DNA from: Bugula neritina
Lineage: Eukaryota; Animalia; Bryozoa
Direction: 5' to 3'
DNA length: 64,000 nt
Assembly: GCA_964035545.1 (NCBI GenBank)
Contig: OZ037768.1
Span: forward strand, 21,609,319 to 21,673,318
Each line of letters begins with the position of its first letter. Positions within the stretch are counted from its first letter, which is position 1. Under the pieces are notes generated by a model. It ran no database searches. It had not been told where the DNA came from and worked only from the letters and a program-made list of their open reading frames with translations. The translations under genes and the position numbers were made by a program. Of this stretch, positions 53,201 to 64,000 are shown one piece after another.

Positions 53201-56200
53201 AAATTGAAGTTGAAAATAAAAAATTTAATGAATAGCTTTCTATGCGAAATTTTCTGTCAGTTTCTAATCAGAGCTCCACTGTTCACAGTTCACGCAGTCT
53301 GTTGATATGTATCTAAACTTCTACTGTGTTCTCCTGTATAAATTATACAACATACTTTGTATGTTCATAGAACTTGGTGAAGGTTATACAGCAAGAGCAA
53401 GTTGTGGTGATCAGCGGAGAGACGGGCTGCGGTAAAACCACTCAGGTAATGTCTAGTTTAGTGAGACTATCCACCTCTAATCAACATTCATTGTTAAACT
53501 CTCACTCTTTGTTTTTTATATATTTTAGTGTTATTGTTACTTTTCATGAACTGATTCGCCGTTTCTGTTCTGTGAAGGTGACCCAGTTTATCCTTGATGA
53601 TATGATAAGGAAAGGAGCTGGGTCAGTCTGCAACATCATCTGTACACAGCCTAGAAGGATCAGTGCCATATCAGTAAGTGCATGGTATTATATAGGTCAG
53701 TGCATTGTATTATATAGGTCAGTGCATCGTATTACAGGGTCTTATATAGGTCAGTACATAGGAGCAGCCGTTGTCTAGGGGTTAGAGAACTGGCTTAGTA
53801 AACACAAAGTCATGTGTTTGAAGATAATTGCACCTCCACCACATATGAATAAGTCCTTAGCACACACAAAGCCCCTTCCTATCAGGGGTTCTTACAGGGA
53901 TAGCGACTATAAACTTGTGTGAGTTTTTGTAGAGGTAAATACACTGTATGTGTGGATAAGTGCACTTCACAATATAGTAAGTTGCTATAAAGGTAAGTTC
54001 ACAGTATTATTATATACAATAGTTCAGTATCACCTTCATAGTTTACCACCTGATTGTAGGTAGCGGAAAGAGTGGCGGAGGAGAGAGGGGAGGCCTTAGG
54101 TGCCAGTGTCGGATACAGCATCCGTCTGACCAACAGACTGCCCAGAGACTACGCTGCCATAACTTACTGCACCACCGGCATCTTGCTCAGGAGACTCAGA
54201 TCTGACAAGTACCTCACCTCCTACTCTCACGTCATAGTTGATGAGGTGCAGTGTTTTAGACCTTAGGCTAATTCTCTCAGTAATGTGTACTCAACGGTCT
54301 TCTGTCATCTACTACTAGTTGCATCATTACAGAGCTGAATGCTTAGCAAAAGATTTTAGGCAATCTAATGTGGAAGCGTGAGAAACAGAAATGTGTGAAT
54401 AAAGACTTACTATTCAGTTTTGTACAGTGTATTTGGTAGACTTTTTCTTATGTACTGTAACTTACTGCTTTGGCGTTTAGTGGGTGTTTGGCTCTGTGCT
54501 GGTGTAAAAACTGGTAGAAGGCACAAGGCATGGGGATATACTGCATTGTGCAATATAAACCACGTACGGCGTAACAAATACGTTTATTTGTTTAATATGC
54601 TTAAGCCTGAAATTATTTTTCTGAAGATGACTCACTTAAATATTATACATCATATCATGGAATATGCATCATGACATATAAGAACTCCGTAAATCATCTT
54701 ATCAAGTTTGTCTTCTGCTACTCCTTGGTATCCATACTCACCGTAAATCTCCCTATCTCATGGTTTGCGGTTTGTTGTACTCTATGAACCATATATGTGA
54801 TGGGCAGAATATGAACTGTCTACTTAAAAAATTATAGATGCAGATAAATAAATATTCAAAGTTATGTCTTTTTATACAGCTCTCTTTCAGTGCTCATAGG
54901 CAAAGGGGTGGGCAACTTTCTAGTATTCCGATATTGCTCAAAGTATGTGATAAAAGATGTTTCTATAACTTGTAACAATACACAGGTTCACGAGAGAGAC
55001 ATACAGACAGACTTCCTGTTGATACTTCTACGTGATTTGCTCCCGGGACGGCCAGATCTGAAGGTTGTGTTGATGAGTGCCACTCTGAACGCCCAGCAGT
55101 TCTCTCAGTATTTCCACGACGCAACGACTTTCACTATTCCTGGCTTCACTTTCCCTGTAACAGAGTACTACTTGGAGGATATCATTGATACTGTGCAGTA
55201 TGTTCCTTACTTAATACTTACCTAATACTTACCTAATGCTAACCTGACCTGATACTAACCTTACCTAATACTAATCTTACCTAATACTAACCTGATACTA
55301 ACCTTACCTGATACTTACCTAATAATAACCTTACCTGATACTTACCTAATACTAACTTTACCTAATACTAACCTTACCTAATACTAACCTTACCTAATAC
55401 TAACTTTACCTAATACTAACCTTACCTAATACTAACCATAATGATAATAACTGCACATAATACTAATCTTTCTCTTCATAGAAAGCTCATCACTGATTGC
55501 TAATTGTTATTTGATAGTTGTGTCTCTCTTTCTGCTTGTCTGTCTGTCTGTCTCTCTATTATGAGACATGCGTTGTACTCAGTATATATTCATATTAAGA
55601 TACAGTCCACCCAGTTTCCTGCAGAATAAACCTTCCTATCACTCCAGACGACCACAAGCTGAGACATCCAGAATAGATTGCGAGAAGGAGCTGGAGGAAT
55701 GGACCTGGTCCAATCAAAACAGGTGAGAGTAATACAAATATCCAATCAGATGCGGTGATACTAATAGATTTATCCGATCAAAAGTGCTGAAATGGCGCAC
55801 AAGTCTCCTATTGTATAAGGGATTATGATGACGTATGAATTCAAAGAGCCAATTGTCTTGAGGATTGGATAAGGCAAAGAGTGGTCAAACTTTAGCAGAT
55901 AGTAAAATATTATTAATTTGAGGTGGTATTAGCTTAGTATACTATAATAAGGATTTTGCTAGAAATAAAACTGCATATAAATTCCTGTCATGAGTTGTTG
56001 CAATGATACCTGGTGATGGGGAGGTTAAAGGTAGCATCGTGGTAATGTTGGGGGCGTTAACTTGCCCAACCGCTTGGTGCTTAGTCTTGCACCCGGGCAA
56101 TTTTATTTGTGGCTGTAGAAGTTGTTCACTCTTGTTGTATTCACTATTGATTATCAGTAGATATTGGATTGTGACGGTGTAACTGTGTGTGTTACAGACT

Positions 56201-59200
56201 CAAAGTGTCTAAGGCTGGGATGAATTCCATACTCCAGATGAATCATCGCAAGGTTCACCCTAAGCTGGTCTCCTTGGTGGTGGAGCACATCTGCCGCACC
56301 AAACCAGTATGTCAGATAATTTCTAGCTATTCCATTTTGTCATATTATTCTTGATTTAGTAATATTTCATATTTAAATGATTATTTCTATCAAATGTTTG
56401 CTCATGGACTACATGTGGAATCCATGAGTAAATTGGCATTTAATAGTTCACTTAACTGTCACATCTGTGTTTTTAATTGCATTCACTCAACATTTAAAAG
56501 TGACGTAATGCATTACTCAACTATAGAGAAATTTTGTTATGATACAAAATATTATGAAGCATTCATATTTGTAGTGTAGACTAGATTTAGAGGGTCAAAG
56601 TATGAAATAACAGAGTTTACTAGATTTGTGTGTATAACTTACTAACTTTTACTAGTTTATTCTATTCTCTACTTCCTACCATCTGCTATTCTATTCTCTA
56701 CTTCCTACCATCTGCTATTCTATTCTCTACTTCCTCCCATCTGCTAGTCTATTCTATTCTCTACTTCCTCCCATCTGCTACTCTATTCTATTCTCTACTT
56801 CCTACCATCTGCTACTCTACGCTATTCTCTACTTCCTCCCATCTGCTATTCTATTCTCTACTTCTTCCCATCTGCTACCCTATTCTATTCTCTACTTCCT
56901 CCCATCTGCTACTCTATTCTCTACTTCCTACCATCTGCTACTCTATTCTATTCTCTACTTCCTACCATCTGCTATTCTATTCTCTACTTCCTACCATCTG
57001 CTACTCTACGCTATTCTCTACTTCCTCCCATCTGCTATTCTATTCTCTACTTCTTCCCATCTGCTACCCTATTCTATTCTCTACTTCCTCCCATCTGCTA
57101 CTCTATTCTCTACTTCCTACCATCTGCTACTCTATTCTATTCTCTACTTCCTACCATCTGCTATTCTATTCTCTACTTCCTACCATCTGCTACTCTACGC
57201 TATTCTCTACTTCCTCCCATCTGCTATTCTATTCTCTACTTCTTCCCATCTGCTACCCTATTCTATTCTCTACTTCCTCCCATCTGCTACTCTATTCTCT
57301 ACTTCCTACCATCTGCTACTCTATTCTATTCTCTACTTCCTACCATCTGCTACTCTACGCTATTCTCTACTTCCTCCCTTCTGCTATTCTATTCTCTACT
57401 TCCTACCATCTGCTACTCTATTCTATTCTCTACTTCCTACCATCTGCTATTCTATTCTCTACTTCCTACCATCTGCTACTCTACGCTATTCTCTACTTCC
57501 TCCCATCTGCTACTCTACGCTATTCTCTATTTCCTACCATCTGCTATTCTATTCTCTACTTCCTCCCATCTGCTACTCTATGCTATTTTCTACTTCCTCC
57601 CATCTGCTAGTCTATGCTATTCTCTACTTCCTACCATCTGCTACTCTATGCTATTCTCTACTGCGGATAGGAAGGAGCTATTCTCGTATTCCTACCGGGC
57701 TGGGCTGACATATCTGAAGTGAACAAACTACTCCAAGCTAGTCTACAGTCACACGCTGCTATAATCATACCTCTTCACTCCATGATGCCGACAGCGGAAC
57801 AGAAGACTATCTTCCAGAGACCCCCTCGTGGCGTCCGCAAGATTATCCTCGCCACAAACATTGCTGAGACGAGGTGACCTAACTGTGTGACTGTGTATTA
57901 CTTCATTCCTGTATTATTATATTACTATTATATTACTATATTACTGTTACTATATAATTACTATATTATTGTTACTATTATATTACTATATTACTGTTAC
58001 TATATATTACTATATTACTGTTACTATATATTTACTATATTATTGTTACTATTATATTACTATATTACTGTTACTATATATTACTATATGTTACTGTGTC
58101 ACTATGTTACTGCTATATATTGCTGTGTTCTCTATATTACTGTATTACTATAGCTTACTGGGTTACTGTATTACCATATTATATATCAATATATTACTAT
58201 ATATTACTGTATAACTATATTAATGTATTACTATATTTCTGTGTTATTGCTATGTAAATATTGATCACACTTGGTTCACCTGAATATTGGAATTTGGATC
58301 AATTTGTGTCCTTTTCTTAATAAAATTCATTCTTTAGAAATAGCAATCGCCTAGCAGTGGAGTTAATTTCAGACTTGTGTTATTGCAGCATCACCATTGA
58401 TGACGTTGTCTACGTCGTCAACACCGGGAAGATAAAGATGAAGGATTTCCTGACAGACAGAAACATGGCAACTCTCGACTCTGTCTGGGTCAGCAAGGCT
58501 AATTCTCGGCAAAGACGGGGCCGTGCTGGCCGAGTCCAGCCTGGTTAGTCTAATTACAACTCGGCTGTGAGACTCTTAGTTGTTTAAAGAGAAACGTAGT
58601 GGTATATCCGTCACTGCTGTAGTGGATAGACTTAGTTGAGAGTTGTCACTCCTGCTCTCATAAACCCTCATAAAGTTGGGAGTTATGTTCCTTTTGTAAA
58701 CAACATTCTAGCCAAGACTCCTATTCATGTCCTAGCAATTTGTTTTTTCTTGTGCAGCTTATTTATATAATAGCAAGTTGTGTGACCTGTAAATGACATA
58801 TATTTCCTGTATATTTAGCGCTTTTGTATTTTCCGTGACCTTGACATAGTATGTAGTTTTGGTATATTCAGTAACCTTGACATAGTCTTCATTGTGGTTA
58901 TTCCTCATTATACTGTTCAATCTACAGGAATCTGCTACCATCTCTACACTCGGCATCATGAGGACTTACTGGAAGATTATCTGAAACCAGAGATGCTGAG
59001 AACGAGGCTGGAAAATGTCTGCTTAGATGTCAAGGTCAGCTTTGTATCTAACTTCATAAATCCTTGATATGCAAACAGTTGGTTATAAGCAAGTTGCTCT
59101 TTTCTGATTATTATTATTATACAGGCAGTTCATCTCAAACAGTTAGTACTTTCCTGATTATTATGATGCTTGTAGTTATATTCTGTATTTATTTATTTGT

Positions 59201-62200
59201 GTGTTGGTTTCCATAGTTACTGGGTCAAGGACTAGTTGAGCCATTTCTGCTGAAGGCAATGAACCCTCCCAGTAAAGAGGCCATACAGTCTTCCATCAGT
59301 CTACTCAAAGTTCTGGTCAGTAGTCACTCTGTACAGGCCGGGACGTTACGCTCTGCCTGCGTGTTGCAGATTCAGCAGCAAAATTCTTGCCAATAGTTTC
59401 TCAGTTTAGGTGATCGGGGTGTGATGTCATTGCATTGTCTACTCAACTGATTGATTGTTAGCATAAAATCTGTATGCAAAAATATTGTAAAGTTTTCAGC
59501 ATGTTTCATGTGTTTGAGGTGTGGAATAGTGTCAAAATATCAATGTATTTCATTCCCGCTTTATAAAATCTGTAATATGTTTCATGAGATAACGGTTTGG
59601 GGGTTTTTGAAAATATCCCATCATTACCACAGAGGGTTACTGAGATAAATTGGTGTGCCTGGGGTTTGGGGTTTGGGATGGTTGACTGTCTTGTTGAAGA
59701 TGTACCCTGTATGGTATTTACAGAACGCTTTTGATGATGGAGAGAGGCTGACCCCGCTAGGCTACCACTTAGCCCGCATGCCTCTCGATCCTCACACGGG
59801 AAAGATGGTTCTCATGTCGGCCATGTTTAGCTGCATCGACCCAATTCTTACAATTGCTGCGTGTCTGAATTTTAAAGACCCTTTTCACATTCCACTGGTA
59901 TGTTTAGTTATAATATTTTCTTTCACCCAATACTGTTTACATTATGGGAAAACTTGACAATTACTATCATTTATATCACATAAATTAATTGCCTAGGTTA
60001 TAATATTGTGCTGAAGGTTGTATATTATAATACACAAAGATATATATTGTATACAAAGGAATATACCGTATGTTGTATAAAGAGATATATTGTGTATTAT
60101 ATAAAGAAATATACCTTATATTATACAGAGAAATATCATATAGTACATGGAGTTATATATTATGTAAAGAAATATATCATATATTCATATAGAGATATAT
60201 CAGATAAAGAAATAGATCATATCAAAGAGATATACCGTGTAATATACAGGGAGTTATTCACCTCCCAATACATTATGCACTTGCTCACATACCCCTGTTT
60301 TGTCTTTGCACTTACATATATCTAAAAACAGGAGCTTCTTACCCTTGCTTAGACTACATATGTTTTGTGCTGCTTTGGTTGACTAACAAGGATAAAACAA
60401 ATATTTTAGATGTCAAAACCAAGTGTTGAATATAATTTCAGGGGAAAGAGCAGATTGTAGATGAAATACGATCAAATTTTTCTCGCCACTCTGATAGCGA
60501 TCATCTGATGTATTACTACGCTGTTAAGGTTAGGGAATTATGTATTACTACGCCTTTAAGGTAAGGAAATAGTATTACTACGCTGTTTAAGCAAGGGAAT
60601 TATGTATTACTATGCTAATAAGGTGATGCAATAGCCCATTACTGTTTGTTATAATTTTTTTCAGTTCTTGTTGCAAATCAATGACTATAAAGTTCATATA
60701 ATTAAAAATTTAGTATTATTTGACTCTATATAGTACTTTTAATTTTCTAACATGATTTTTAAAGTAATTTTGTCATGTTTTATATTCAAAATCTTGTTGA
60801 AGTTTTACTTGAAAATGCTTTTAGTAGCATAAATATTGGCTGTGAACAATTTGGCTTCAATATTATCATAAGACAATGGTGTGTTTTCTTAGGCGTATTT
60901 AGACAATTTCTGATGTGTTAACCACAAGTGTACTTGTGTTGTTAGGGGTGGGAACAGTCAATGGACAAGTCCACTTACTGCTATGAAAATTTCCTATCTA
61001 ACAGCACCATGACAATGATATCTAAAATGAAAGGGCAATTTGCTGACCTTCTCTATGAACTCAAGTTCATTGCGTCACCTGATGTCAGAGACGAACTAGC
61101 CAATCAAAACTCTGGTAAAGATTACCGACATCTATGTGAAAGTTTTCGCTATTAAAACTTTTCAAGAGATAGTTTTGTAATGTTTAGGTCTTTCAACGTA
61201 TAATGTCTTCTGTAGTATGAATATTTTCATAGATGTATGCGTGTACATACTACATGTGTGTATATGCATGTATCTACATAATATATATACGCATATCTGT
61301 GAATATATGTTGGTGTTTCATATAGACTTAATTGGCCTGATTCGGGCAGTGCTATGCTCCGGCTTGTATCCAAACATCGCCAAAGTCTACAAACGTGGCA
61401 GAGAGTAAGTCAACAATAATTGTTTTCCATCTTTTAACTGGTACAAACTTTAATTGTTGTAGTTTCCAGTTTTTGATTTGTCAAATTTTATTAAAATTAT
61501 TTTTTTGAAATTTAAGGTGCTTAAATTTTGTGATTTTTTAAACTATGCAAACAATTTCCATCAAGTCCCAGTCATTAGACATAGCAGGTAAAGAGGCTGT
61601 TTAACTGACCATGCCTTCTCACTCTTTAGGGATGTCGCACTCAGCACCAACACAGAGAGAAAGGTCAAGATGCACAAAAAGTCTATAAACTCCAGAAGTA
61701 AGATCTTCAAGAGAGGGCAGTGGGTCATATACTACGAGATCATACAGCAGTCTGGCAATGTAGGTTACGGAGTTGTCATCTCCCTGTGCATGTAGCATAC
61801 ACATTCCCCCACCTGCTTTGTGTTTCAAGTTGAACTTAATTTGAGCAAGATTGTTTGTAGAAATGAAAGTTGTCTTCTCTTTAAATAAAGGACGTATTGG
61901 CCTGTATAATAAATGTATGTTTGTGGTTTACAGCTTTAGCTGGTTAAACAGGGTTATACGCTGAATTTTATGTAACTTGAAGAAGCTGCAAAAGTTAGGC
62001 AACCACCTTGTAGTAAGGCAGCAGTTAGGGTTTACTGTTTCCTCACAGCTGCTGTTCCTGTACCATACTGCCCGAACACTCCATACTTAACTTTCAGGTG
62101 TGCATCATGGACAGCACGCTAATACCTGCGTTCCCAATCATGTTCTTTGGTGGAGAATTGAAACTTGAGATAAAGGGAGATGGTGAGATTATACCAAAGT

Positions 62201-62268
62201 ATGAGGCCGTCCTAGTCAATGATTGGATAAACTTTGAATGCCAATGGAGCAATGCCGAGCTCATTAAT
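50232..62268 (+). CDS. DHX36: ATP-dependent DEAH-box G-quadruplex helicase DHX36/RHAU (21 exons, ~966 aa visible; final exon(s) not found in window)
   Basis: Exons 50232-50370, 50797-50885, 51551-51787, 52187-52313, 52670-52800, 53371-53445, 53578-53673, 54060-54245, 54986-55197, 55600-55722, 56198-56306, 57671-57873, 58389-58543, 58928-59034, 59217-59315, 59724-59897, 60442-60528, 60946-61114, 61326-61404, 61630-61759, 62098-62268. Motifs: RHAU-specific motif [94 protein letters not shown]. Confidence 0.95.
50431..50790 (+). repeat. 20-bp tandem repeat x18 filling most of DHX36 intron 1
   Basis: Unit TATTTAGAGTAAGTTAC(AG/TC)A. Confidence 0.95.
53761..53927 (+). mobile_element. tRNA-derived SINE, family 1 (internal deletion)
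   Basis: GGAGCAGCCGTTGTCTAGGGGTTAGAG...ATCAGGGGTTCTTACAGGGATAGCGACTATAAACTTGTGTGAGTTTTT. Confidence 0.78.
55205..55440 (+). repeat. 11/16-bp tandem repeat (CTTACCTAATACTAAC)n in DHX36 intron 9
   Basis: Directly visible; 9 TACTAAC and 4 ATACTTACCT. Confidence 0.92.
56655..57662 (+). repeat. ~1-kb pyrimidine-rich minisatellite (29/34-bp units, 189-bp higher-order repeat x3) in DHX36 intron 11
   Basis: Unit CTATTCTCTACTTCCT(A/C)CCATCTGCTA(TTCTA/CT); the 63-codon periodicity is visible in the spurious 56630-57610 ORF. Confidence 0.95.
57880..58255 (+). repeat. Low-complexity (TATTACTA/TTACTG)n repeat in DHX36 intron 12
   Basis: Directly visible. Confidence 0.85.
60508..60628 (+). repeat. ~31-32-bp repeat x4 spanning the DHX36 exon-17 donor
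   Basis: ATGTATTACTACGCTGTTAAG|GTTAGGGAATT and three diverged copies. Confidence 0.88.
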
Positions 62269-62351
62269 GTAAGCTTTTGTGATCTACTGTATAGTAGTAT
62301 ATTGTATCAGAATGTATTGTAATATATTATGTAGTAATATATTGTACTGTA

Positions 62352-64000
62352 ATATGTGACCTGGCACCACAAAACAAGGGATGTAGATAAAATGTTGAAA
62401 ACCTAGTTATTATTATGGAGTGATAGAGCAGACTTTCTCGAACATTTTGCACTTTATTTGAAGTCTCTAGCATAAATAGAACTCGAGATATCAGTATTTA
62501 AAAACTTTAACGTCTTTAGAATTTCTAAATTACTGTTTCGAGAAAATCGCGTTTAAAGTTGGCAACTCTAGAATAAGTTGAGAATTATTTATTTACAATT
62601 TACAAGCCTTAGCAACGGGTCTTTGTATAGAAGAAATAGTGACAAATTTGGTATCAAAATAATTGCGAAAGTTTGGGCTTTCTGTTAAACTAAATTTCAT
62701 GCTGCCTCAACATAAAATTAGGTCAAATATGGCTGCCAAACCTTTTGTCTAATTTATTTGTCAATTCGCTTTTTACTTTGTTTAATGGTTGAAAGGTTTA
62801 ACAATTCCAGCAAAGAAGAGGATGTTTCAGCAAGTTTGTGTGTTGAGATATTTAAATTAGGCATCCAAGTCAGCAGGAAGTAATATAAAACAAAATGGCA
62901 GCTGCTTCCTCTTATACATTGAATATCTCCCTTTCCTCTAATATATCGTGTAATATATCAAACTGCAGCTATTGAGCTGTGCTGTTTCATAATTATTGCT
63001 TAATGAATAGAACACTTATAAGAAAATTATTTGACTATTATGAGATCATGCAAGGTTCATTTATATATATCTTTATAATCTCTAACAGCAACTAAATTTA
63101 GCAATTAATTTGGCTGAGATGTTCATGTTGAAAATATAAACATAAAATCAGCTATTTGAACTTTTGAGTTTTATTAGGCAATAATATTCACATTTAAAAC
63201 ATCAAATACATTATTTTAAAAAACCAATTAAATGCAGTAAAAAATCCAGCCTGGATACAACCATTATGCTTGAATTAACTCTTATCAAGAAAAGAAAATT
63301 AGGTAGCTTCTACGGTTGTTGCAAAGAAGGCACTTATGATCTTTCTACTTCCTAGGTCTTCATAACATGAGTTTACGGAGTATGGACACATAACATCATG
63401 TATGTGGCAAAACCTTCATCACTATCATCAGCTGATTTTCTAGCAATTATAGATGCTGCTACTTGACATCCATCCTGCCAATCTACCCACTTATTGTCTA
63501 TTCCAGAGCTGAAAGTACAATGTTGATATTTTTTAAATAACAAAAGGAAACGGTAGCTTGATTAGAAACTATACCCAGTTATATTATAAAAATTTAGTTG
63601 GCTAAACACTCTTGTGGTACTATTATGGCAGCAGTTAATTGTGATCCTGCATTTCATCAACGTTTAAATTTATTGAATTAAACAGAACAATTCAAATTAA
63701 AAAAATTATTGATAATTTTCAAGCACATCATTAAAAGACTGCAAACCTTTTTATGAATGAAATAAGCAGAAGCCATAACCTTGCAAGCCAAAATCCGGAG
63801 TGTCTACATTAGAAGTATTAGATTGAAAGGTAGTAGAGTTGTGTAGGTATAAGTCTTCACTCTAATGCCCTCACAAGTCCACTTTCTAAAATGTACAGAA
63901 TATTGGATCATTCTATATTAACATAGTATTATCAGTAAAATTACACATTATGCACTTGAATATCTAGCATATCTGCAATTGGCAATTTTGAAGCAATGTC
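62352..64000. mobile_element. Probable DNA-transposon insertion in the last visible DHX36 intron (partial)
   Basis: Begins ATATGTGACCTGGCACCACAAAACAAGGGA with MITE-like subterminal text (AACTCGAGATATCAG, TTTCGAGAAAATCGCGTTTAAAGTT). No DHX36 exon found downstream and the second end is not visible. Confidence 0.35.

Noticed and set aside
56630-58214. 326-aa and Tyr/Leu-rich hydrophobic ORFs
   Set aside because: Read-through of intronic minisatellites inside DHX36.

Overview
AT-rich, intron-dense eukaryotic DNA, probably from an invertebrate metazoan. I reconstructed five spliced genes by hand from GT/AG boundaries and frame continuity. (1) The 3' part of a large coiled-coil gene, tentatively CCDC162-like (+, <594-9357). 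(2) An orphan 712-aa gene on the minus strand (9964-14858) built from nine symmetric phase-2 cassette exons plus a Lys/Pro/Thr-rich terminal exon, followed by scrambled pseudogenic copies of itself (16.4-19.6 kb). (3,4) A tandem pair of paralogous orphan genes (21301-30580 and 31830-43902), each encoding an N-terminal Cys cluster, a long coiled coil and a C-terminal CxxC. (5) The G-quadruplex helicase DHX36/RHAU (+, 50232 to beyond 62268). Mobile DNA includes a degenerate Academ-like transposon, a Harbinger-like fold-back element, a hAT MITE and two tRNA-derived SINE families. The most unusual theme is that many tandem repeats are amplified exon/intron junctions or are made of splicing signals. 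Examples are an in-frame 30-bp donor ladder shared by both paralogs, a GTAAGT array, and a TACTAAC/U1-like array. No prokaryotic features or CRISPR array are supported. Gene models are manual and lack transcript support.
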